Source: Fimbriosthenelais zetlandica
Lineage: Eukaryota
Length of the DNA stretch: 64,000 bases
NCBI GenBank assembly: GCA_977030845.1
Contig: OZ365116.1
Location: 22,754,001-22,818,000 of the forward strand
Direction of reading: 5' to 3'
Every line of letters begins with the position of its first letter. The first letter of the stretch is position 1. The notes beneath the pieces are model-generated. The model was not told the DNA's origin. It saw only the letters and a program-made list of their open reading frames with translations, and did no database searches. A program made the position numbers and the translations under genes. Of the stretch, positions 32,249-45,600 are shown piece after piece.

Positions 32249-33629
32249 GTCAAGAAGAAAAGGGATGCAATGATGTCATGTAAAATTATGTTACAAACAC
32301 TTATAGGCAGATGTCAGTCAGTTTTGTTTACAGGATCATAGAGGTAACCACTTGAGAACTTGGTATAGTCATGCTACAACTCAAGGTTGCAATGAATGGA
32401 GCTTAGAATGAGAGTTTAAAATCCCCTCAGAGCCTTACCCTCAGAGGTTCCATGGCAGCGCTATCTCTGAGATATCCCTTGGTATTTAGGAAGATAATTG
32501 GAGCTATTTCTGGTATAAAAATACAGAGACTAACTTTATAGTCTGAGCAATTTCTGTATGGAGTTTAGAGTAGGCCTACTGTATTACACATGACTTTGGA
32601 TCTGTGTTGTTTTGACTCAAGGTGCACTTAACCTACCAGGTAACTTCCTGGAATACGGTCTAGGACTGAGTGGGGGGCACTACCGTACCGTATCATTTCT
32701 TACTCATCCACCTCTAATATATAGTACATCATTTCCAGTAAACACAGGGTTAGATTATTAAAGTTGATGTGGTTTTAATTGCCAAAATGTTTGGTGAATG
32801 TTAACTATCTTGGCAAAAGTATAAAGTAAACTGGAGTAAGATTGCACCCCTGGGAGTGAGTGGGCGGGTCGGCCTATAAGAGCTAAGCAAACAGGGCGAG
32901 CTACTCACGGGTTATTTTAGTTGCTCAAAGTAGGTCACTGTCAGCTACAGGGGATGGAGCCCAGACATTACCTGGATTCACTGATAAAAGACTGTACATT
33001 GGCCAGGTAAAGCACAATGGAAAGTGGTGAATATAAGAATAAAATAAAGCCCGAAGACCAATGATAGCCTACTGGATAGATTTACTAATAGAAGAAACGA
33101 GCAACGAATTAAGGAAAACAATTAAGGGCTGGGGGATGGAAGGATAGATAAAAGACACATGGCTTGAAAATATTTGTTTATTTTTAATTAATTTCCCTCA
33201 TTTCAATACATAATTTCTGGTTAAATATGAAAGAAATTCTTAGATTTGTTTCAACTTGGATCCTTCTACGACTAAATCACATGGGAAACTACTACCGTAC
33301 CAGTACAGAAAATAAACTTATTTTTCTACAAGTTTTCAAAAGCTGAAATATGAAAACAATAGATTCAGATCCGCAGTTGGAACTTCCTATAATCTCATAA
33401 TCACAAAAGTTAAAACAAACAAAGCTTAAAGATAAATACATAATTCTCCTAAAATTATGTAATGTTAACAACTTTTTCATTCTTATCGCAGAATGATTAG
33501 TTAGTCTTGATAAATATTACCATCAGAGGTACTGTGTACATTGTAAATGTACAAAATACTGTTTAATTTGAGTTTAATCCAAGGCATGCCCTTAAAGTTA
33601 TCCTAACAAATGATAGTGCCTTAAAAGTA

Positions 33630-36600
33630 TCATTGGGTAGCAGTGACTAGTTCAAACCACTGCCGCAAGGCGTCACTGAGGGTCACCGGAAGTTGGTTAA
33701 TGTCCCGGATGATGAGATAGAAGGGGAATGGGAAGGATTCCATGTAGGAACGAATCTCAGGCAGCTGGAAATAAGACAATATTAATTAATACTTAATCGT
33801 TAATTACTGGAAGGATCGGCCTGAAAATTGAGGTTGGAAAAGTTAAACCAGAGACCCTATATTAGGATATAGGGTCTATGGTGAAACTGAGTCCGATATC
33901 ATTAACGCTAATTAATACACAGAAATTGTAATTACCTGTCCACCACTCTTGAATACTGGAACTCGAATGTCCATGATAGAATCCTAGAAAAAGAAAAGTG
34001 AATTTTTAGCCATCTAGATTGCATTTTTAACAACATATTTTCCAATTTAAACTAGGTATAACAATCTAGAGTAGATACCTTATTATGCGGGTTGTCTATG
34101 ATGATGAAGACAGTGAAGATGTTGGCCTCCTGAGCCTGTCTCACGGCTAGCTGTACCTTCTCCATACCCTCCAGGAAGAGCCCCCTACCGTCACTAATAA
34201 TCAACAGTAGCTGGGACGTCTCCATGGTCACTCCAGCTCCTCTCTGGTGACGTCTAGCTTCAGTCATCACAGCTGCCATCTGACCAAGCATCTGAAAAAT
34301 AAAACAGACAAATTGATAATTTGTTTGACATAAAAGTATCTCATGAAAATAATTAACGTCCGATTTACTAAGGATGGGTTCTTTTTATATTACTTTGAAA
34401 GAAACGTAAAAAAGGGGACATGGTAGAAAACCATATCATTTCCTCACCTGAGCTATTTTGGTTTTCTTCTGTTCAAATGTGAATTGTTGAAGGATTTTGG
34501 CGCCAGCCTGGCTGCTGAACTGCTCGTGGAATGGGTGCAGTACTTTTACCGACTCACCAAAACTGTGGAAAGAAAATAAATGTTGATATATAATCCCCAA
34601 AATAGTGCACATTTTTTCCAGAAATTAAAATAAATATTCAAAAGGACTGACCTTGAAATCCCAAGTTCTCCAACTTCAAGTAGAGTTAATGCATTAGACA
34701 CAGTTGACATAGACTCAAAAGCCAGCTGAAAAATGAAAAATTGTCATTTTCTTTAGCTTAGAAACAAACAAATTACCTTTTTAGAAACCAAATTGATGAG
34801 AAACAAATTTTCCCCTGGGAAACCAATATCTTGAGAAGATAATATTTAGAAGTAACATTATTATCTTCATGAAATCAGTGGAGGTGTACCTGTTTGGAGT
34901 GGTTATCCGCCATGGAGGAGGAGTCATCTACTGCCACCATCACCTGGTACTGTCGTTTACTCGGCTTAGTTCGCCGTAACCAGATTTTATCTTTCCTGAA
35001 CTGACTAGCGATATATGGGATGACCTTCCTCATGTTGAGACGTTTACCAGTCCTGTAGTCACCTCTGTAATATCAAATTATCATCATTAATACCACAAAA
35101 TTCACAGAAATTAATTTATGTTAAACATTACAATCCCCAAATCCTTCCCAAACTATAATCTTTTGAGCATAGCTTTTATACTTATATTTGTAGGAGTGAA
35201 TATTTGTTTAATGTTCAGTAAATATATGTTCAGTGAGTATTTGTTCAATTTGTCAGCTATCTCAGGACAAAAAGCGAACATACAGTGGGAGACATAGCTA
35301 GCCTGTTACATGCCTCTCACCGCAGTGGGACACATGGCTGAAATCCCAGTTAGCAGCACTGGGTGGAGAAGGACTAAGCGTTTAATCTTACTTGAGTTTG
35401 GAGGTTTGAGTGGGCTCTAACACCAGTCTCAGTTGTTCACAGAGCTCCTGTGAGAGGGATGCCGTGAGAGCCTCGTACTGCTGCCAGGCCTCGTGAGCTG
35501 CCCGTCCCGCGCTCGTCACGCCCTCGTCAGGCATGCCTCTCAATAAGTCAAGGCTCTCCTCCAGGTTCTGACGAAGCTGTTCAACGTCCTCCAGTGTCAT
35601 CTAAAAAATACAAATAAAATACGGTGAAACCAGGCATAAAAGCCATCTGACTATAGTGGATTTTTCACATAACATCCACTAAATGGCAGTAAACTTTATG
35701 GCAGTTCTTCTTATGTTTATAACCTAATTCCTTGTAGAATTTCGGCTTAATTTATTGTCATATTATTATGAAATAAATTACAAGAAAACTGTACATAATA
35801 AATGACTGACCTTGGATTGGGAGAGTAACTCAGTGTGGGTGTGGATGGTGGAGGTGGCTGGCCGCTCAGCTCCCATCGTCTCCACCTTCTCCCCTTCTAT
35901 GTCCATCTGCTGGCTCTCCTCCTCTTCTCCTTCTCCTCCCCTCTCTTTACTGTCAGTATCTTTGGAGGATTCCTTCTTCTCCTTCAGCTTCATGGAAGTC
36001 ATCTTCTTTATATCGTCATTCTTAGAAAAGAGAGAGAGAATCAGAGAATACAATCTTGATATCATTCCATTATCTCAGTATCATCACATTATCTCAATAT
36101 CATCACATTATCTCAGTATCATTTCATTATCTCAGTATCATCCCATTATACATGTATCAGTATAATCCCATTATCTCAATAAGTTTCTTTCCTTTGGGAT
36201 TTGGTCACTGGTCAACAGTTGTAAATTAAGCTTACCATATTGTCCTGCTGCTCCTCTGAATCATCTAAGTCCGGCAGGGCGTCCTGGTCCTCCCCTTCCT
36301 CTGTCTCTAGTGTATTAACATCAGCTTTGTGTTCCTCCTGGTCGGCTGTAGCAGCATCCAGGGTCTGAGCATCATGATGAGACTGGGCGTCACGGATATG
36401 TTCATACATGTCACTGTCCTCCTGCTGCTGCTGAGGATCTGGATCTTTGTCTGTGTCGTCCTCTGTACTGTCTATGGTCTTCAGTCTCTTGTGGACCTGT
36501 TCTTCCTCACTCCCCATCACTCGGTCCTCCTTTGACTGGCCAGGTTTCCTCTTAACCTGCTGAAAGGGAAGAACAATAAATAACAAAAGGGACAGAAATG

Positions 36601-39600
36601 TTTCAACGGGGTTTAGCCGGTTAGGCCTTCAAAAGAATTCAATTGGAGGTCGATAGCCACATAAATGTCCTAGGGCAATAGAATTCAAGTTGAGGGCGAT
36701 GCCCACATAAGTGTCCTAGCGTAATATAATTCAAGTGGAGGGCGATACCCACATAAACGTCCTACCCCAATATAATTCAAGTGGAGGGCGATGCCCACAT
36801 AAGTGTCCTAGCGTAATATAATTCGATTAGAGGGCGATACCCACATAAATGTCCTACTCCAATATAATTCAAGTGGAGGGCGATACCCACATAAATGATT
36901 ATCTGAATCTTGCTTTGGGTGCTGAAATACGGCCCCCACTGAAGAGACACTATACTAATGGATTATTTCGTTTTGTTTGTTCCTCAGGAGGGAGGAGTAT
37001 ACCTGCTGTCTCTGTTGTTGTTGACTGCCACTAGTGGTCGCTGTACTAATGTCACCATCATGCCCCTCCTCCAGCTGTGATTCTGACAGTCCAGTGCCTT
37101 CCTTCTGGAGAAAAAAAATAACATACATTGACCAAACGGCATGAACAAAGGCTTACTGTGACATATAATTGAATATGATGAATGTGCAAGAAATACAAGA
37201 TACATGATGTCCACAGTTTTCTCTAACACAATTTTGTGAGTAATAAATTGTGATGCCAGGCTCTGATGATGACTGATGGAGGATGGAGTGAGGCTCACCT
37301 GCTGCTGATCCTGCTCGTCGTTCTTGCCCACACTATTCTCCATGTCCTCAGCCTGCTGGACTTGCTCCGTGGAATGATCTGTCTTAACAGATAAATCACC
37401 TCCCAAAGGTTTCTCTTCTTTCTTCTCATCGACGTTCTCTTCCTCCTGCTCCTCTTTATTCTCCTGTGAATATTATATTTGAATTAGTCTTAGTAAAAAC
37501 AAGTTTTTTTAACATTTTTTTTTAACTGAGCTTAGAATAAACAGTGATTGTATAAGACAGATATTCAAGATAAATTAATCCTTAAAGGTTGAGAAGAGAT
37601 TACCTGAGCCTCGAGACCAGGGACATTATCTGGCTGTCCTTCCTCAGCTTCTTCTGTTTCCATCTCCTCTTCTCCGTCCTTCTTCTCTTCCTGTTTATCC
37701 TTCTCTTCCTCTGCATCTTTCTATATATTGAAAATTCACCCAAAAGTAAGACAAAATTTATTAGATATGAAGTTCCACTATCAGGACGGTCAACATCATT
37801 ATGTTTGTGATTTGTATTTTGTGATACTTGTGATTCAAGTTGATTTATTTAACAGTACCTCCTTCTGTTCCTCGTCTCCTTCCTGGTTGGTCGTCTCCTG
37901 TTCTTGTTTCTCTACATCACCTTCCTTCCCTTCTTCTTTCTGTTCCTCAGCCATGTTGTCAATATCATGGGGATTTTCTGAAAAGTAGACCCAGCATGTA
38001 CAATCCTGTGGAAATTACAACTAACTTGTGTATTTTTAATTTTATCATTTGTATATTTAAGAGTATGTCTAGCTCTTTCTCTCATCCTCTCGCTCGCATT
38101 ACATTATTTGAGACTGGCCCCTGACATTGTGAGTTTGATACCTTGCTCATTGCCGGCCTCCTCCTCCTCCTTGCCCTCCTCCTTCCCATCCTCCTCATCC
38201 AGGTTGAGATCGTCAGGCAGGTCCATGGCTTCTGGCTCTTTTTCAGGTTCCTGGTTGCCATAGTGAGGGTCCACTTCATTCTCATCAAATTCTCTCTGTT
38301 AAATATAGACATGGTTGTAAGTAACTTGGTGAGGTGAAATGTTTTTGAGTAAAAACAGTGAGAAAGCGAGAGAGAAAAAGAATCAGAAAGTAGGGAGGGA
38401 GAGAGAGAAAGACCGAGGGAGTCTTCTGACCTCATCAATGTCAGTTTTATCGTTGATCTTCTCCTCTTCTTGCTTCTCCTCTTGCTTGTCATCAGCCTGT
38501 TTTTCCTTCTTCTCTTCTCCTTGGTTGGGATCTTGGTTGTCCTCGTTCGCCACCATCTCTGACTCTGTCTGTGGTCCAGCGCCAGGACCAAACTCTTCCT
38601 TTGTGTCCTGTAATTACAAAGACAATTTTCACAATTTTAGGAATAGCCTATCCAATCTTAAATGACTTCAAATGAACTTATTGTATATAGAAATAGCACA
38701 ATGATGAATCTTAGACTAGAAACTGCGTATTTAAGTTTAGAAATGTAGAATAAAATCATTGTTCTCGCACCTTGGGTTCATCTTTCTCTTCCTCCTCGTC
38801 GCTGCCCCAGACTTGTTCGTCCAGTCGGTCAGCGTCCTCCTCTCCCAGATCTCCCATCTCTTTATCTATCTCATTCTCATCTCCCTCCTCTTCCTCCTTA
38901 TCTGAATCATCTTCCCCTTCTGAAAAAAACAGCAAACAAACTTGTTGAGTCACCTTGTAAGGAGATAATTCATATATGAACCATGAAATGTACAGGTCTA
39001 TTCTATCTTCCTAAAAGGTAAATGTGTATGACCTTGGGGTTCGAGGTCATGCATCTTTCCCTCAAACTCCTGCTCCATCTCTATAGCGTTGTCCTCGGCC
39101 TTGATGTCCGGCTGGTCACCAGTCTCTTCCTCTTTGTCTCCTGGTCTCCTGGCCTCGTCTAACTGGTCCTCTGTCTCTATCTGATCACTCACGTCCTTCA
39201 CTCCTTCTCCTTCTCCCATACCAGCATTCTCTAGGTCCTCAAACTGAGCCGCTCCTTCCTTCTGCATCTCCTCGCTTAACTCAGATGGGATGCAGAAACC
39301 CTGGAAGAATAATAAATGCTTGATAGCTGTAGAAAGGGGCGAATTAGAGAGGAGGGTGTGGGGGAGAGGGAGGGAGATAGCTGTAGAAATGGGCAAAGTA
39401 GAGAGGGAGGGAGATAGCTGTAGAAAGGGGCAAAGTATAGAGGGAGATAAAGAGCTGTAAAGGTAACCTACCTTGGTAGTGAGTTCAGTGAAGATAGCCA
39501 GTAGAACAGACTGTAGTTTAGCCAGTGCTCTGAGAGCAGCCACGGTATGTGTGAGGTAGGCCTGTACTAGGTGACAGTACTGTAGTAGGAGAGGCAGGGA

Positions 39601-42600
39601 TGGGATGAGTAGATGACACGATGTCTGACATAGTCTGTATACAGCCGGTGACTGGGATTCACTCCACCCACCCAGCTTACTAACCAACGACGAGATCTTC
39701 TCTACAATCTGAAACAAAACGTTAACATGTTAAAAAATGTTCTTTGCATTCTTAAGTCTATTGCTACTATTCACATAGTATTAGGGTACAAAAGATACAA
39801 AGACTCATAGAGAATTTATAGAAGTATGAATCAAGGCAAATTCTTGGAATTAAGCGTTCTTTTTCTGTTATAGAAGCAATAGGACTGGAGACATACTGAG
39901 TTGAGGTGAAGTGCTCCAACTTCTTGACTGAGATTCTGATGTAATTTGAGTGTAATATGCCCCTCTTCTATTGCTTCTTCCTCCTCTTCCTTCTGATCTC
40001 CTCCTCCATTCTCATCTTCCCCTTCCTTCTCATTTCCATCGGCGACGTCTTTCTCTTCACTTCTTCTCTTTTTCACAACATTCTGGACCACAACCAATAT
40101 GTTCGTGAGAAGTTCCTCCAGTTGTTGACTGAACTCTTTTTCCTCTTTCTCCATGTTCTCCTCAGTTGCTTCACCATTCGGGTATGAGTTTACCCACTGT
40201 GTGAACTCAGATTCCGTGTCAGTGATAGAGGTAGAGAGGTAGTTGAGAGTAGAGGCAATGTCACAGCTTGTAGCATCACCAGGAAGGAGGAAGGGTTTCT
40301 CCACTGAACGTAGAGTCACTGACACTTCCTTCAAACCATCCAGAATGTGTTCCAAACATTTTACATCCTCACTGTGAAAGAAACGTGAAAGGCATTAGAT
40401 AGAAAAATCTTTAAAATTTCTAACCAGATTCATTGAGATATAGATTTGGCCTTTCCAGCTACATATATGTACTTGGAAAAGTGTATACTCCAAGAAATTT
40501 CGAGAAATCTTACCAGGTTATTAGATGCTGTGGTCTTAGCATGAGTTGGTCAGTTTCTCCTTTCAGAGATTGTAGTTTCTCCTCAGCATTCTGACAATGA
40601 AACAGGAACATAATTAGTGGACCGTTTATCATAGTCTATACAGTGGAAACAAAATCAGTCACGGAGCTAATGGACAGATGAGAGAGTTATGAATAAAGGG
40701 AATAAATGGATGAATGAATGAATTACCTGCATCATGAGGGTTAACTCTGACCATCTGGGGTCGTTCTGGGTATAGCGGGCAGCCTCATGGAGACTGGTAG
40801 AGGGTAGAGGGGAGCTAACCAAATGGTCATCACCCTGGTCAGCAGGACAGCAGGTGAGGAGCATCTGAACCTGATGGACGCCCACTATCACCTCCTCACA
40901 CGTCTCCTTAATCCGTCCCTAGAAACGTAAGGTTTAAATGTATTAAATCACGTTTGTCCAAAGAAATTCTTTAAATAATTTTATTCACCCATAATATTCA
41001 TTCGAGGCATAGCTAAGAGGACATAGGAGAAATGGGGAGAGAAAGGCAATAGTAAATTTGTAGATCTTACCATCCATTGTCCGGCCTGTTGTTGGGGTGG
41101 CAGCACCCTTCCCATATCAGACGATGCCACACGAACCAGCTTCTCCAAGCTCCAAACACGAGATCTCAGATTATTGAAGGAACTCGCTGTAGATGAGAGT
41201 TCGTCTCTCTGTTGGTGAATGACAGACATGAGATCCGTCACAAAGCCGCAGCACCGGTCTAGGTTAGGTTTACCAAGGTCTGAAGACACGGTCTTCAGTG
41301 AGAGCTGGAAGACGGCTTGTCTGGAGATACATCTCAGGATGTAGTCCTGGCATCCGCTCCATGCCTTCAACGTCTCCTCATCACACCTACAAAGATACGA
41401 CACAACAATGACCACTAATACCTAGCTCAAGGTTTGACCTATTGAGTTCCCAAATCTAACGCCAAAAGGTATGATATGACACACCAATGAGGACTACTAA
41501 CTCAAGTTTTGACCTATGATTGAGTTCATAAATCATAACATAGCCAATTGTTGTAGTATCAACAAGATTTTCATTTTTGAAAGCCACCTGCCTGGCTACG
41601 TTTAGGTTGAGAAAGCAAAAGAGAATAGATGGCGATGAAATAATCTCTATATTGAAGCAGGCTTCAGTAAGGGGAAAATAAGATTTATCAATACACAATT
41701 CATTCATAAGTGAAATGTGTAGTTTCTCTAATAATTCATACATGGTTTAAGTACCTGTGAGTTTGTAGTCGGCTCATCATGTGGTGCAGGTTAAGGGGCG
41801 GTGATTTGAGGTGCATGTTGGGATCTATCTCCTGTGATCTCTGTAGCCCACGTCTGTATGATAATCCTGTACGTGTGAGGTAGCGGAATAAGTCAGACAA
41901 GGCTTTACGCTTCTTCACCTGCAGCAGCTTAGCCTCCTTCATCAACTTCTCCTTCTCTGGTCCCTTGATAAAGGAAAAAAAACTTCATTACTTCACAAAC
42001 AAGTTTCACAAGGGTCTAAGACCAAAGTTCCACGGCTTTTTTTACAATAAAATAGTAGTTTTCCAGGACTGAAAAAGACTGGTAACGACCTAAAAAATCA
42101 AGCTTTTTTACCTGAATGACGACCTCTCGTTGTAGGGCGTGGGTTGTCTCGATGACCTCGCCTGTGAATTCATCTACAACTGCCACCAGTTGATGGAAAG
42201 GTGAACGGTGGAGAACCCGGGCACAATGTTTACACATCTTAGAGCAGAAGGCGGGCAGCTGGTGAAACAAGTCTGGTAAGTCTGACTGGGCACTAGGAGG
42301 CAGCCTCGAGGCCAGATCCTGAAACAGACAGCACAATCAATGTCTGGTCTTTAATACAGGGATAAATAATGACATTTTGCTAGGCTCAAAAGCTTAGTAG
42401 TCTCTAGATGGTATGAATTGATTATAGAAGTGTTTTACCTTCCATTCCTGTTCAGGAATGAACTTTTCAACCTCATATGTTTTCCTGTCGTCTGATCCGT
42501 TCTCTGTTTCTGAGCCTTCTGTACTGTGACTAGGCATTATTCCTGGTTTTTCAGTGAGGACAGCAGACACAGACTGAGACAGTACACCCCTGAAGGCCTT

Positions 42601-45600
42601 CAGGTGCTTGTGGAGAGTACTGTGGGTTTTTTCAACTGCTTGTTTCACAGAGTAGAAATTAATGTCATTCCACCTTGCAATTTTCACATAACCCTGCCAG
42701 AAACAAGAAAATCTCAAGTTAGACTAACAGACTATATTTCATGAATGTTTTAGGAAAGAAAGAAAGGAAACTGATGTACATTTTGTATTTATCCATATTT
42801 GGTCAAAACATTATCGACGGACCTTCAATTGTTTTTCGATGGATACCCTCTTGTGGGCTACCTCAGCATTCACTGCTGCTTCAAACTGCTTGTAATAAAT
42901 ATAGATGTTCCATAGAAGAGCAGTCAATTCATCTGAAATGTAAAGAAAAACTCTAATATTAGAATGACGAGGAAATTACAATGGCCTGGAGGAAGTACTC
43001 TACTCTCAGGTAATTTCTAGAACCTGCGGGAAATACTAAGCCCTGTGGGAAATTCTAGGTCCAGGGGGAAACTGTACAATCTGAGTAAGATGGACTCAGC
43101 AGATATGGCTTAATCGACATACAGCTTTAAAGAAACAAAGTATTTGAAGACGTGAACTTACCACTGAGAGTTGAACTGTCCATACAGCTCAGATGACTGA
43201 TGAAGGCATGGAGCATCTGTAGTCTGATGGTATACTCGCCCATACTTGATCCCTCCATGAACTGTTGTAGGGGAGCCACCAGACCTGACACCCCCTCAGA
43301 TTCAGCTTTATCTCCCTCCTCCTCCTGGTCGTGATCTGGAGGGTTGAGGATGCTGTTAATGAGTTGATAGAGATGGAACCACCAGCGAGATGCTCTCCTC
43401 TGACAATCCCATGCTGCCGTGTCCAGGCTTTTCTTCCAACCACTACCAAGACAAAACAGGTACTTGAAGTGAGTACTTTCAAATTCCAACAGTTTATTTG
43501 TGTTTGAGTTTTTTGGGTGTGAGAGAAATGATTATCCGTAATGTACAAGTTTTCCTCTATTAACTTCCAGGATAGGTACCAGAAAATGAATACAATTTGA
43601 TAAGGAAGTATGTGTACTAACTAATCTTGGTAACTTACCTCAGTTCCAGTTTCCTCCATTCAATAATCTGCTCCGTCAAGGGCCCTACTTCGGTTTGCAA
43701 TGATACATGCCTTGCTGCATTGGTCTCCCATTCCTGCAAAGAAAGTTTTAAAAACTGAAAATCCTCAAATGGCTTCAAGACAAAATTATGGCCGTCTTAT
43801 ATGATCGATAGATCTTACAGTGCAATTCATTACGGTAAATAAACTTACGTGAGCTTTGTTAAGAAGGACTTCAAGGCCAGTGAGGAACTTCATGAGAGGG
43901 CTGGTCACAGGGAAAGTGTAGATACGGTCTATCACAACAATCATCTGTCAAAACAATGAAAAGACTTCATATAAAGTAGTTATATTAGATCGTCAAATAC
44001 TTATCTACTACTGTTATACAGACTGTATTGTCTGAGAAAAAGTGTGGATAAAGGGAAGAATTGCATTAAGAGAGAGTAAAACTGACCTGTTGAAGTGTAG
44101 GATGTTCTGGCCATTCTACTAGAAGTTTATTAACAGCTATTTTGAATGAGGCCAGTAGGGGTCGACACTGTAGCACCTCAGGCACATTTGAGTCCCTATA
44201 GATGTCATAGGGCCGCTGAGTCTTCACCTGGAATTATACATACCAAAAATGAACTTAGATGACTTGCTTTAGTAGTGGAAGTCATTTAATCTAAGGGAAA
44301 AGTCTCTGTGGTAGATGGTAAATGACTTACCTTCAGTTTGTCTTGCGAGATGGACTGTTGAAGGGCACGGCAGGCCAGGAGGTGAGAACTGACTAAATGA
44401 GGGTCCACAATATAACCTGTAATGGTAGAATGTTAGAGTACAGTATAATATAATTATCATTTAAGCCACAGCATATTGTCAACAAGTTTCAAGGCCCTCC
44501 CTTCAATTCAACGACCAATACATTGAATTCAATGACAAAGGCATTCAATTCAACGACCAAGCTGTTCAATTCAACGACCAAGTCGTTCAATTCAACGACC
44601 AAGTCGTTCAATTCAACGACCAAGACATTCAATTCAACGACCAAGGCATTCAATTCAACGACCAAGCATTCAATTCAACGACCAAGCCATCCACAAAAAT
44701 GTCTGTAGCACCTTATATTTGAAATGATAAGGAAAGGAAGGGCAGGGATGAATTAAATATAAAGAAAATGTTATGAATTATAGGAAAACCTACCTGCTTG
44801 AGTGTGAGATGTCTGTAGAAGGTGAGCCGCCATTTGGTAGGTGAGGAGGGCAGCCTGCTGAGTGTGGCTTGGTTTACAGGCCTGGTCCTCCTTTCTCACA
44901 GTGAGTGGAGGCAGCCAGTGAGTCTGAGAACACTGGAGGAAGATGTCTAAATGAGTGTGACACACATCCTCTATCTCCTCCTGAGTTAGCGTCCATTCTG
45001 CTGAGTCATCCTCATCCTCCTCTCCTCCTCCATCCTCCGTCTCTGGGTCGTCAAGGACTGGACCATCCTTAATATCTGCAAAGTCCTAATGATAAGGCAG
45101 AACTCATTATAGGTTATAATTTATATAGAAGCAGGTTTGGGTTTATTCCATAAGAAAAAGATGTGCCCAACATAGCTGGGAATCCTACATAACACCTACA
45201 GTCTGTTCACTCTAAGTTGATCCGAAACCACCATACATATGTACTGTAGTTTCGGATCAACTTAGAGTGAACAGACTGTAGACGAATTCACATATATCAT
45301 CACATTGAATTATTCAGATATAACTATATTAAGACCAACCTGGTCAAATGAAGGGAAAGCTTTCTTGATCTCCAGTTTTTCCAGTTCCTCCTCTGACCTG
45401 CTGTCCCCGTGGGTGGTGGTTCGATACTTGTAGAGACTCTCTTTCTCAGCTTGTTTCCTCCTCCTCTCTTCCTCTGCCTGCTGCCATGAAGCCACAAAGA
45501 GTGAGAAGACTCGGGATATGATGAACAATGCTTCATCACTGACGTGGGAGGACACGGTAATATGGTCCTGGATGTGTAGTAAGGCCACCTTCAAGATTCT

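Noticed and set aside
30954-32979. 9-, 12- and 20-nt micro-exon-like segments upstream of malic enzyme exon A
   Set aside because: Such short AG...GT matches arise readily by chance and no anchoring first exon was found.
44523-44708. NSTTK-repeat mucin-like ORF
   Set aside because: Translation of a 21-bp intronic tandem repeat on the strand opposite MDN1, with no splice or start support.
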